From assembly GCF_000400465.1 (NCBI RefSeq), contig NW_008806291.1, positions 30,001 to 62,000 of the forward strand: a stretch of 32,000 bases of DNA, read 5' to 3'. The stretch is from Wallemia ichthyophaga EXF-994 (lineage: Eukaryota; Fungi; Basidiomycota). Of the stretch, positions 18,411-30,400 are shown piece by piece (the first letter of the stretch is position 1; every line of letters starts with the position of its first letter). A program made the position numbers and the translations under genes. The notes beneath the pieces are model-generated. The model was not told where the DNA came from and ran no database searches. It saw only the letters and a program-made list of their open reading frames with translations.

Positions 18411-21400
18411 TCACTCAAATCCCAATCCAGCCACCTCCTCTTTCACATTCGCGATAAAGCGCTGCACGCCCTCGCTATCGAGTACAGACTCAGTGGTGCG
18501 AGCAGCCACAAACACCGTGTCGGCATGCGCATCGAGCACTACGTCCAAAAAGAGGGCATGCTTGGAGCGTGTTAGATAGAAGCCACCTCTACATTTCCAC
18601 TCACTCTCGATACTCCCCGCGTGTCCATCTCGCGCACGCTACTGTCGACATCTAGCTTCTCACTCGCCGCGTAGTCGCTAGGCGGACCAATCTGCCCGAG
18701 TATTTTGTCAGCACCTCCTGTGTCGAAACATGCTCACTCACATCCACCTGCGACAGTGCCGACGCGTCACTCGAGAATATCCTCTCTGCATGCCATAGCA
18801 AGTTGATGTAGACGTTGAAGACGGGCTCGCTCGTGCCCAATACCCTCCTGGCGATCTCGCCGTTGTCGTCCTGCTCGACCAGCACGCGCTTTGAGATACT
18901 CTTCTGGACTGCTTGAGCTGCTTGGACATCACCACTGAACGGTCCTACACCCAGCGGGAGCAGGTTGAGACACGGGCCTGCGACTGTATCTATACCATCA
19001 ATGCTGGCTGCGCGGCCAGTGTGGTAGACCCCCACTATCGGTTTCGCAGTCTGCGTGATCCTGCCCACCACCTTTGCAACCATAGTAGTGAGCACCGATT
19101 GAAGAGATACTTGGTGACGTTGTTGGAGTCGTTGAGTGAGGCTCTGCGCACCCTGTACCACGTCCTCCTTGTAAAACACCTGCTTACTGGAAGAATTCTT
19201 CACTGGGAGGAGTGTTGGCTGGCTGCCCCCCAACTCCGCCCTCCAGAACTCCTCGTCGAATGTGTTCCTCGACGCCGCCTCAACCACCTTACCGAAATCA
19301 CCAATGGACGCCAGCTCGCCTCCGCTGTAGCTGCGCCACAAATCGCTCATGAGCAACGGGATTGTCCATGCGTCGTACAGCGCATGATGGATCTTGAGCA
19401 GCACATAAGAAGTCGAGCGCATCTGCACAACAATCAGCTTCACTGGCGGGCGGTGCAGGGAGGAAGGTGCCCTGAACTCTTCCCGCACAATGCGCTTTGC
19501 TGTTTCCAATGCCTCGCCATCGCTGTTAACCACCTGCAACTCTGCGTCGTATTCCGTCAACACCACCTGCAGTGGTCGGCCGTCTACCGCTGTGAAGCAG
19601 GTGCGGAGGATGGGGTGGTGTGACACGAGCCTCCTCCATGCGCCCTGCAATTTGCGGAGGTCGAGTTTGTGCGGCGCCGCATGCGTGAACACGGGCTCGT
19701 AGAAGGTGTGCCCGCTGAGAATCCACGCTTGCAGGTGGTACGCCTGTCCAGGCAGCAGAGGCAGCACAGCCTCTGCTTCACGCCTGCTCAGACGTAGGCG
19801 TGCAAGCGCGCTGACAGCTTCAGATGCTGACACCAGAGGCCTGTCTTTGTCCCCCTTCTCGTCTTCTCTCCCGTAAGCTGTGCGCTCCCTCAACACCCTG
19901 TCCACGCCCGCTATCGTTTCCCCAACGAATATATCCGATACTGCCAAATCTTTCACCCCCAGCTTGCGACAGCGTGCGGCTAGCTGGATTGCACCGACTG
20001 AGTCCAGTCCTAATGCGTACAACGGCGCACTATAGCTAATCTCCTCGACATTGAGCTTCGAGATAATCGCAAACACATCACGGATCGTCGCCATCGTGCT
20101 TGTCACATGGCCGTCGTAGGCTTCTGTGTGTTGGACATATTCAACTGTTGCATCGATAGTGTTGTTCAGTGGAAGCGCGGCGAGCGATGATGGCTTTGCA
20201 GTAGCTGGCTGATGAGGATGATCGACTATATCAGCAAATAGTTCCCCGAATTTGCCAATTAATTCGTCCAGCTCCTTCCCTGTCATCACACTGCTCAGGC
20301 AGCTTGCGTTGATGGCGAGAGTGTCGCCTGCGTCGACAAACTCAGCATTTAGGGGGTATTCAACACTCTGCTCGGACTGTTCAGTCAGATCAACCGTCTC
20401 CCACAGCTTCACTTTCGGCTCTTGGTCATCCCGGAAGGACTTTTGGAATACAAAGAGCGTTTCGAAAAGCGACTTCTGCTTTACTACCCTCTGAACATCT
20501 CTAAGTGGGACGTGTTGGTGCGCTTCAATCTCGTTATACTGTTCAAATGCTTCGTGGCAGACATCGATGTTTGTCGCCTTCTTATTACCGATTTTGAACC
20601 TATAAGGAACAGTGCTGTCCGTATTGTTAAGTCTTGCTCATTAAATACACAAAGCACTCACTTGAACAATGGTCCAGACGCTAACAACGCATCTTCTAGT
20701 CCGATCGAGCGGCCAGCTACCACCTGCCCAAATGCAACATCGAGCGATCCAAATAATCCGCAAAGAGTCTTACCCCATGCCACTAGTACCATTGACTGAA
20801 GCGACACGCCAGCTGATTTTACGAGTCTGTTCGCCTTGGCTGTGATAGGAATGGTCTTGCCGGTAAAGTGTGCCTTGACCTCTCCCTGCTGAATTTTAGG
20901 AAGTGGCTTTGGAACGTAATTGGACATCTTGCTCTTCCAAAACCCTTCGTCATCCCTTGCACCGTCGAGAATATACGGTATTGCTTGGGTGAATTGTGGA
21001 CGCAGAGGCACTCTGTTGGCACTATAGCGTGCAAGTATCTCGTCTAGCACTAATGGCAGAGATACACCATCGTACAAGCTGCCGAAGGCCTAGTTAGAGG
21101 TACGTTACGATTATGTTGCGGTACACTTACGCGTGATGCATGGTCAAGACCAAAAATTTCTCCTTGTTTGTTTTGATAATCGTGAAGGCGTATGGCGGCT
21201 TTTCGAAATCGTCTTCCTGGCTTGGAACACTTGCACTACCGAGAATCTTCGAAGCTTCTTCAACTGATCCAACGGTGTGCTCATTCCATACCACATCGAC
21301 TCTGCCATGGATGAGTATCACCCAAGGATATTTGTCTTCGTCCGTAGTGCGGAATGATGCTCTAAGAATATCAACGTTCGCAACCGTGTCTATAACAGCC

Positions 21401-24400
21401 TTTTTGAGTGCTGCTACATCCATCGCATCGCTTAGCTTCAAGGTATGCTGAACGTTGTAAAATTTACCACCAGATGAAATAGTCTGTGTGAGCATACCAG
21501 TCTGCAGCGGCGTGGCAGGCACGACCTTCTCGATACCACACCCACCGTACCTTTCACCTAAACTCTGTGCAATCTTGGCAAATTCCCCAGCGATGTCCTT
21601 ATTGCTGGTGTTTGGCGCATACTTTGCAAGCTCACCAATACATCCAGCACGCATAATCGCATGTGTGGGAATGTTGATACCTTGCTTGCGCAACGACTGT
21701 GCAAATCTAACAGACGAGATGGAGTCTATGCCCAGAGAAATGAATGTAGACTCTTTGCTGATTGAGGTTTCATCCATATTGCACAGGTTCGCAATAGATT
21801 GACGCATAACTGACTCTTCAGCAGTCCATTCAACATTATAGCTAGTCTCTTGAGGATTTGCTAATTGCTGTGGTTTTAGCGGCTCGACTACCTGTTGGGC
21901 ATCTTCGAGAAGATTGTTGATCCGGCTGATGAGGATCTCGGCATCGCGCGATTGACCGAATGAAGAGTTGAAAACTGCGCGTAGGGTGAGCTTATTACTC
22001 TCTACATTAGCCGTGGCTTCGAGTGCGAGTGGGTACTTTAGTGTGTTAGAATAAGTTCACCAATGGTGATCACACCTACATCAACGCGAGACGACTCTTC
22101 GAGCTGCTCCCAGAGACTCTCATTCCCTTCGCCAGCAAGTCTACCGAAGGCGAACAGTGAATCGAAAAGACCGGCTGGTCGATTTATCCATTTTTGTATC
22201 AGGCGCAATGGCGTATATTGATACTCGAGTACCTGAGCACTCTCGCTCTGTGCTTGTTGCGCCATGTCTACAAACTTGCTTGCATCTGCCACCTTCACAC
22301 GCACTGGCATAGTTGTAATGCATGGCGCAAGCATAGTCTCAACACCACTGACAGGTACTGTGCGACCCGATAGGACGACACCAGTTGTCTATTTACGAGT
22401 TAGATGGACTATTGGCGCAAGATTTTCTGCTCACAATATCTGTCACTCCAGAAGATTCACCGAGCGAAACACCGTATGCTGTTTGAACGAGCACACGCAA
22501 TGACACATTCAATGAGCGTCCCAACATTTCCAGCTTCGATAAGGGCAGAGAAGCAGTCTTAACAACCTCTTTCGCGGTTGTACTACCCATTTCCATCTCG
22601 TTAGCTTGTGGCAGGTCTGACAAGTACTCCACGAAAAAAGTTCTAGCAACTTCTAGCGACTGACTGGAGATGAAATCGAGCAAGCGATCGACTGGTGCTC
22701 TTACGAGCGAAAATGATTCCTGGTAGCGTTCCTTTATTTCATCCATCAACATCAGGAATGATTCACCATCATATACAGCGTGGTGCATCGTGAATTGAGC
22801 AAAGGCTCTACCCGTAGCTGGCTTAGTTATGAGGACTCGAAGAGGCACCCTTGATTGAATGTTATCGACAACATCCTTCTCCAAATCCTTCTTTTTTGAG
22901 TCAAGGTAAGCTATGGCTGATGCTTCTGATTCACTTTGGTGTGTTTGTATAGCGTCAGTCTTCTCCAAAACAACTTGAGCCACTGCAGCTTCACCGAAAA
23001 AAAAGCAGGTGCGCAAAATTTCATTGGCTGCTATGGTCTTATCAATCGCTTCGGTAAATTGATCGATGACCACCCCACTATCCAGCTTAAACGTAAAATG
23101 GTTGACGTAGACGGGTTCAGCAGAGTTGAGAGTACGTGCGACCAAACCTTCTTGAAGCGGAAGACACGGTCTGACAGCTTCTAAGGTATCTCCAAAAGCG
23201 GCTCTTATCGACTTTTCGAAGCCTTCGTCAAGTTTCCGCACAGCTGAACTGTCTTTATTGCCGTCAGAGGAAGTGCTGTCGGCGAGCTTGGCAAGCTTCT
23301 CCACAGATGGACCAGATAAGACGACATGTGGTGGCACTGCAAGGCCTTTTGACTTCAAAAGAAAGCTGAGTGAGATGGCTGATAGTGAGTCAACACCCAA
23401 TTCCAGTGTGGTAGTTGATGAACTGATCGTATCCATGCCAACACCAGTCTGCTCACTGAGTGCAATAGCGATGATCTTCTCTTCAGCTGTAAGCGCACGC
23501 CGATTGTCTGTTGCCATTTCTGCACTTTTTTTCACCATGTTGCGAAGCGGCACTTGAGTGAATAATCTTCTAAGAATTTTCTCGTTCGTATGTCCATTGC
23601 TGGCGTCACATATTGGTAAGAAGGTCATTGGAAGAATAATGTCAGGTCTAGCCCCATATCCGAGCTTCTCTGCGCACGATTGGGTGAGAGATCTCGCAAA
23701 TGATTCATCTTGTGCGTCAATATCAGTAGTTGATCCATCGAGTGGATCATAGTTGTACGCGCGAGCAACAAATGCGACAATGTCTGGTTGCATGCTTTCT
23801 GGATGTTGCAGGACCATCGCTTGAGAAACAATGTTTTGTCGAGAAACAGATTCGACATTGCGCGAGACTTTTTCAAGATTAATTTGGATGTCTCTGTAGT
23901 TGACAATATCGCCCACTTTACGCTCCAACAAGACGCTATCGCTGCTGATCATTCTAGCTACCAATCCTGAACGTATGTACTCCCCTTCATCGCTAAAGGC
24001 GCAAAGCTCTCCTGCTTCAGCGAGAATGGCGACTTCTCTGGAGCAAAACCTTGCAATGCATGTCTTAATAAGTGGCTGGTCATAGACATTTGGCTGTTCA
24101 CTATTGTAATGTGACAAGAATGCAACAGATGAGGCGTGTGGAATTGCCAACGTTTTCCAAACATAGGCATCCATCCATGACTCATGGAGCGCTTTTGATG
24201 ATATGTGACCAGTTAAAATGATGTGTTTGAGTTGAGGTAACTCCGATCTTACGATACAATCCTTCTCAAACCATGCAGCCGTGAGGAAGGCATGAGTAAT
24301 CTGTGCCGCTTGAAGTGAAGCTCTGGCATTGTTTCTCAGATCTTCCACGCGTTTGCACACTATTTTAGAGCCCATTATAAGCGGTACTAATGTCTCCAAA

Positions 24401-27400
24401 ATGTGAAGATCAAATGCTGAGAATTTGTCAGCCGGTAGTCTATCAGGCTGAGAGTCACTCACTGCCAGGAAGCCAATTCAAAAATGTTGAAGCATTTGAA
24501 TCTGTCTTCAACCGATCTGAGGCCAAAGAAGCGTGATTGAAAAGTTGCTCGGTTGACCAGACAGAGTAGTCGTGCATGTCGAGCTGACCATTTGCAATAG
24601 TGATAGCAGCACGTTCAGTAAGACGCGTCTCTGTTGTATCACTGGAAATTTTGGCAAGATTTTCTACGTAACTCTTCTCGTCAACAAAAACAACCTTTTC
24701 GTTATCGAGTAAGGCGAAATCTTCCGCGTACTTCCTGATAGTGTAAACGATGTCTGCCTTGAACGAGCGTGCTATAAGTCTCTTGCGATTTGCAGGCAAG
24801 TTCTCACCAACGGCTATGTATGTTTTGCTAGCTTTGAAGATACCAAGCCTATGAACGATTGATTCATGTGAAGGTGGAATGCACAAGGCAACAACTTCAA
24901 CCGCGGATGTTAGCGAATTGGAAACTCTGTTGGATTGACTATCAAGCTCCTTAAAGGAGAGTGTACCAGTATCCGAAGTGACAGCTACCTCTTCCGGACG
25001 TTGTTGGACGTTGCGAGACAAAGTAACGAGAGGATTAATTGTAGCATCGGCGACCTTACTATGTGCTTTGGCGATGAGAGCCTCGTCGATCTTTCCAACA
25101 AGACTTGAGACTGGCTCATCGGCATGTTCACTCATTGCGTTCACCAATGCTTGCATTTGCTTTGAAAGAAGCTCAACTTGCTCCTCTGACCTGATTGACT
25201 TGTTAGCGGTCAAACGGAATATAACAGATAACCCACATAAGTAAATTACTTCCAAGAATGTCAATTTGAACGCTATCACCTCTGATAAAAGCGTTGATGG
25301 CGACAGGGTGCTCAACATCAAGCTCTCCTATCTCAAAGTTATCTTTGAACAAATCACCTTTGGTTTCCTCTCCTGACTCAACGATGAGAACAAACAGTGC
25401 GGGGAAGAGAGGAGCGCCAGAAGCACATTTGAGAGCTTGACGCACGTGCTGAAGACCAACGAACTTGTGTGGAGAACTAGCGGAGGCTAACGTGGACAAA
25501 TTATCCATCAACTGTCTAGCTGATGCGTTTTTGTCAACTTTGAGTGCAACTGGAAGAGTAGCAATCATTGGAGCCACAACGCTTTCCAAACCTGGAGCTA
25601 GACCGCGCAAGCTGAGAGTCTCGCCGAAAATAACATCCTCGGTTGATGTGTACCTTGACTGGAGAACAGCCCAGGCTGCTTGAAGCAGCTGGTTGATGTT
25701 TGCACGCTTGACGTCACTAAATCCCTTCGTCCAGAATCTTTGAGAGCGTTGAGAGTTGTCGTTGTGCAAAACAGGCCACTCTGTATTGCTTGTCTCAGCA
25801 AATGGCTCCAAAACCTTGTTCCAGAACTGCTTGGTAGTGTTTACGTCTGTGTTTATAACTGACATCGCGTCCTTCAGTGATGTGCGAGTGGCTTTATACT
25901 TTCGCATGTATGCATTTTCAACATCCTGGTAAATGAATTTGAGCGCGTCTCCATCGTAGATTGCGTGGTGAAGTGACGTCATGAGATAGCGACTGCCATC
26001 TGCCTTGGTTGCAAGCGTGAGAGCAACAGGCGGCTGATGTGAGCCTGACAAGGAGCTGACAATGTTACGGACACGCTCTTCAAGGATTTTCTCGCTGTCA
26101 AACCTGACTCTATCGAGAGCGAGCTTCGATGTAGAGTGTATGCATTGGGCGAAGACGGTGTCTTTCACACCATATGTGGCAGCTGGAATAAACGAGGTTC
26201 TCAAAGCCTGCGTGCTTTCTGCCACAGTCTTCCAGGCTCCGTAAAGAGCATCCACATCCACTTTGCTGGACAATTTGAAGACTTGATGCGACCAGTACGC
26301 AGCAGGGTTCTTGATGGTCTCACCAAGCATACCTTCCTGTGTCGGGGTGCATGGAAGAACGAAATCTACATCGGCAATGTCTTTTCTAACACTACCAATC
26401 AAGCTTTCGTTAAAGGTTTGCATCCACTTTGGTGTCTCAGTGACCATCTGATTCGATTCTGCTTTTGTAATGGCTTTGCTGAGTTGCTTTATGGTAGGAA
26501 ATGCTGCTATCTGGCTCACTGCGGCGTTGACACCTGCATTACGGAGCTTGGAAGCGAGCTGCAGGGAGCGAATCTAGGGAAGTGGTCAAAATGATTCGCT
26601 TCATCATTATTCACTCACGGAATCAACACCGAGCGCTGGTAAGTGCGAGGACTTGGAGATGCTGTCCACGGCGACGTTTGTCAGTCTAGCAGTAACTTGA
26701 CGAATAATCTGCTCCATTTCACTCCAAAATCCATCATCACCATCATCAAGACCGCTTAGGCGGCTTTCCCAGTCTGCAATTTCAACTTGCTCGTAATATC
26801 TTGCCAGCATCTTCCTGTCGATCTTGTTCGAAGGGGTGTGAGGGAGGTGTGTTAGAACCAGTATTACATTGGGAATCATGTAAGCTGGAAGGCTAGACTC
26901 TGCACGCTCCTTGCAAGCGGCAGCCACTGTCAACGCGTCGCTATCCGTGCGCAGTCCATCCTCTTTCTCGCCCTTGAGTGCGGGGGCGGCAACGAATGTA
27001 CACACGACCTTTTGCGGTCTATCGTGTCTTGACAATTGGAATGTTGTAGTCTCGCGAGCTAGCTCGTGGCAGTTGCCCAAGGCAGCACTGATTTCAGAAA
27101 GCTCAACTCTAATACCACCAAGCTTGACGAGATCGTCATTACGACCAACGAATTCACAGCTACCATCGTGCAACAAACGCACAACATCGCCAGTGAGATA
27201 CACTCGGCCAGCTTGTGGATGGTTGACAAACTTCTTGTTCGTCTGATCGGTATTGCGATGATATCCACGGGCATTTTGGAAGCCGCCCAAAGCTAACTCA
27301 CCAACAGCACCCCTCAGCAGAATTCTATCGTCCTGTATAACAAAACATGAGACGGTCGAGAGTGGAAGACCAACGTTGTGAGCTTTGGTGACTTCATTTG

Positions 27401-30400
27401 GAGTGAAACGGCGGTATGTTGCAATGATAGTTGATTCTGCAGGCCCGTACGTGTTGAGCGACACAGTGTCTTCCCTGCACCACGCATTTGCGACAGGCTG
27501 GGGGAGTTTTTCACCGATGCTAATGAGCGACTCAAGCGAGCTGCAGTTCTGGAGCGACGACTGAGCCATGAAGGCCGGTGTGAGAAAGGCGTGGGTGGCT
27601 GCAAACCCTCTGACGAGCTCTTCAAATGATCCGACGAGGTTGTCGCGAGTAGATGAACAGAGTGTGCCGCAAGTCTTGCCAAGTGCGTAGAAGACGTCAA
27701 GTACGGAAACATCAAAGGTATATGCGGAGAAGTTGAGACAGCGGATATGTGTGTCTTTCTTCCATGGTATTTCCTCTTGCAAGACTGTCAAGCTTTGCAC
27801 AGCGGCAAAGTGCTCAATTGGAACACCCTTTGGTGCGCCAGTGGTACCTGATGTCCATATCAAGTACGCTAAATGATTAGGTTTGGTGCATATGGCGGGT
27901 TTGCTAGACGGCTGCTTGCTATAAATGACATCTGCAAAAGAGCTGACCGTGATCTTGTCTTGAACGATCTTGCTGACTAGAGCCTTGTTCTCTTCATCCC
28001 GAACGAGAACAACAGGACCGCCAGCACGCTCAAACAGATCCTTCTTTCTGAGCGCTGGAGCAGCAGTGTCAATAGGGCACCATGCACCACCAGCCTGTAC
28101 GAGCATTAGCAACATGGTCATAAACACACGCAACACACCTTCACGATACCGAGAATAGCCATGAACATCTCGGGAGTTTTTTCTATATGGATGGGGATGG
28201 GCGTGTCAGTGAGATCGCCGTAAGTTGAGGTAAGGTAGTTCGCGACTCTGTTAGCACGAGCGTCCAGCTCGGCATACGTCCATCTGATATCTTTGGAAGC
28301 GTCCAATGGGTCTGGTTTGAACCACAAAGCGAGCGATTGAGGGTAGTCTTTTGCATTTCTCTCAAATTGGTGGTGGATAAGTTCCGCTTCAACGCCTTCG
28401 ATACGGATAGGGTATGGGTTGACAGCGGACGCGAGAGAGTGGCTTACATCCACGGCGATATCTTTAAACTTTCTATCGAGATCGCCTTCAAGGATGCTCG
28501 ATAGAATGTCATCGAATTGCCTCAGCATCATAGCAGACGACTCCTCGACCAAGACGTTATTGGAGCATGTAGCTCTCAACCTAATAGTATCGTTTGGATC
28601 AGGCCAAATTTCCAAAACGACAGCGAACTCTGTAACCATAGGAGGATATTCCGAGTGCGTCCAGAGCTCTGTCTGGGATGCGCCTTGAGCGAATTGCTGC
28701 AATGCAATGGTAGTGTCGTAGATGATACCGTTGTCACCACTAAGAATCTTTGGTGGCAAGTGTCGGTGTACCAAGCCCTCAGCATTGCTTCTAACTAAAG
28801 ACTTGAGCACGCCGCCTACACTGTCATCATTCGGATTAGTCACACGAATAGGCGAAGCTGTAAACACAGGGCCGACGGTATGCTCGAGTTGGTCCGTCGT
28901 TCTGCCACCGACGATGCTACCGAATACAATGTCGTCGGCGTCAGACTCCGAGTACGCCAACAAGATGCTTGACCAGGCAGCCTGCACGATCGAGAGTGGT
29001 GATAGCTTAAGCTCGCGTGCCTTCTGGAGAAATGAGCTATGAGAGAGTTTGGACGTGACATTCGAGACGTGATGGCCTGTTTTCTTTGCGTCCTGCCTCA
29101 ATCCTGTAAGATCTGGGAACGGGTCTGAGGTAAAGTTGCTTAGCTTTCCACCCCAGTATTCAGCATTAGCCTGTGCGTCAGCGGTGAAGACATCCACAAG
29201 CGCATGAACAAATCCCTCTCTGGGTACTTCTGCATACGGATCACGGTAGAGTGTAGCAAGCTCGTCGAGCATCAAAGCAAGCGAAGCACCGTCTGTTGAT
29301 TTGTGAGTGGTTGACATTACCAAGATAGCTATCGACACCTACCAAACAGTGCGTGATGAAGACTGACAACGAGTTTCTTCGATTTGGAGTCGGAGTAGAT
29401 CGCGCCGCTTTGCGTTCTCTCCAATAGTGAGAACTTGACTGAAGCAGTATCAATGTGTTGCTGGACTAGTTGATCGACATCACCTCCTTCGACCTCGTCG
29501 AATGTTGTTATAGGGTCAACAGGTACAACCACCTGTGCGAATGCGCTGATGTGGCTGTTGTCGATGAGCACAAAGCGGGTGCGTAGAATTTCATGTCGTC
29601 TCACGAGCTCGCACCAGGCATTGCGAAGCCTCTCACTATCCACACCCTCTTTCAGGGTGTAAACGGAGTGGTTGATGTACCCTGTGCCCGTCTTGGAGTA
29701 CAATGCAAGTAAGCCCGTCTGCATTGTTGTCGCAGGTCTGATAGCTTCAGGCTGTGCCCCAAGCGCCTCTTCGACAATTGGGAGTGCTTGGCTGCGAAAC
29801 TCCTCCTCTATATCTTCATATACGGCCTGTCTGTTGTCATTTTCGCCGAAGCCCTCCTCCGTTCTCTGGAATGCAATGTTTGCTAGCGCAGCAGGAGACA
29901 GACCTTTAATGACATCTTCGATTGTAATGGCGAGTAGACCCTCTTCACGAGCCAAACTAAGAAAACGAACACCCCTCAGCGAGTCAATACCCAAGGCTAG
30001 GAGTGTGAGGTTCGCATCTATTTCCTTCTCCTCTAACCCCACTGTCTTTGAAATGCAACTGAGGACTTTGTCGAGTGTTGGGGTATCGAGAATATGAACA
30101 GCCTCTACAGGCTGCTCTTCAGCAGTGCTAGTAGCACCTACGACATAGCCCTCGCTTATGTGATCCTTCACATATTTAGCGATCGCCTTTCTATCAGCCT
30201 TCCCGGCTGTAGAGCGAGGTATATCATCGGCAAACAAGTAAGCTTGTGGACGCATGTGCGCTGGAAGATGTTTTTCTGCACTCTCCGCACATCTCCCTAC
30301 CAGCGATGTGGAGTGTGGTGTCACATAAGCGCACAGCTGGCCTTCTGGTTGGATGACGACAGTGTGGACAGAGCGAAGACCGGGAGTGTTGGAAAGAATA

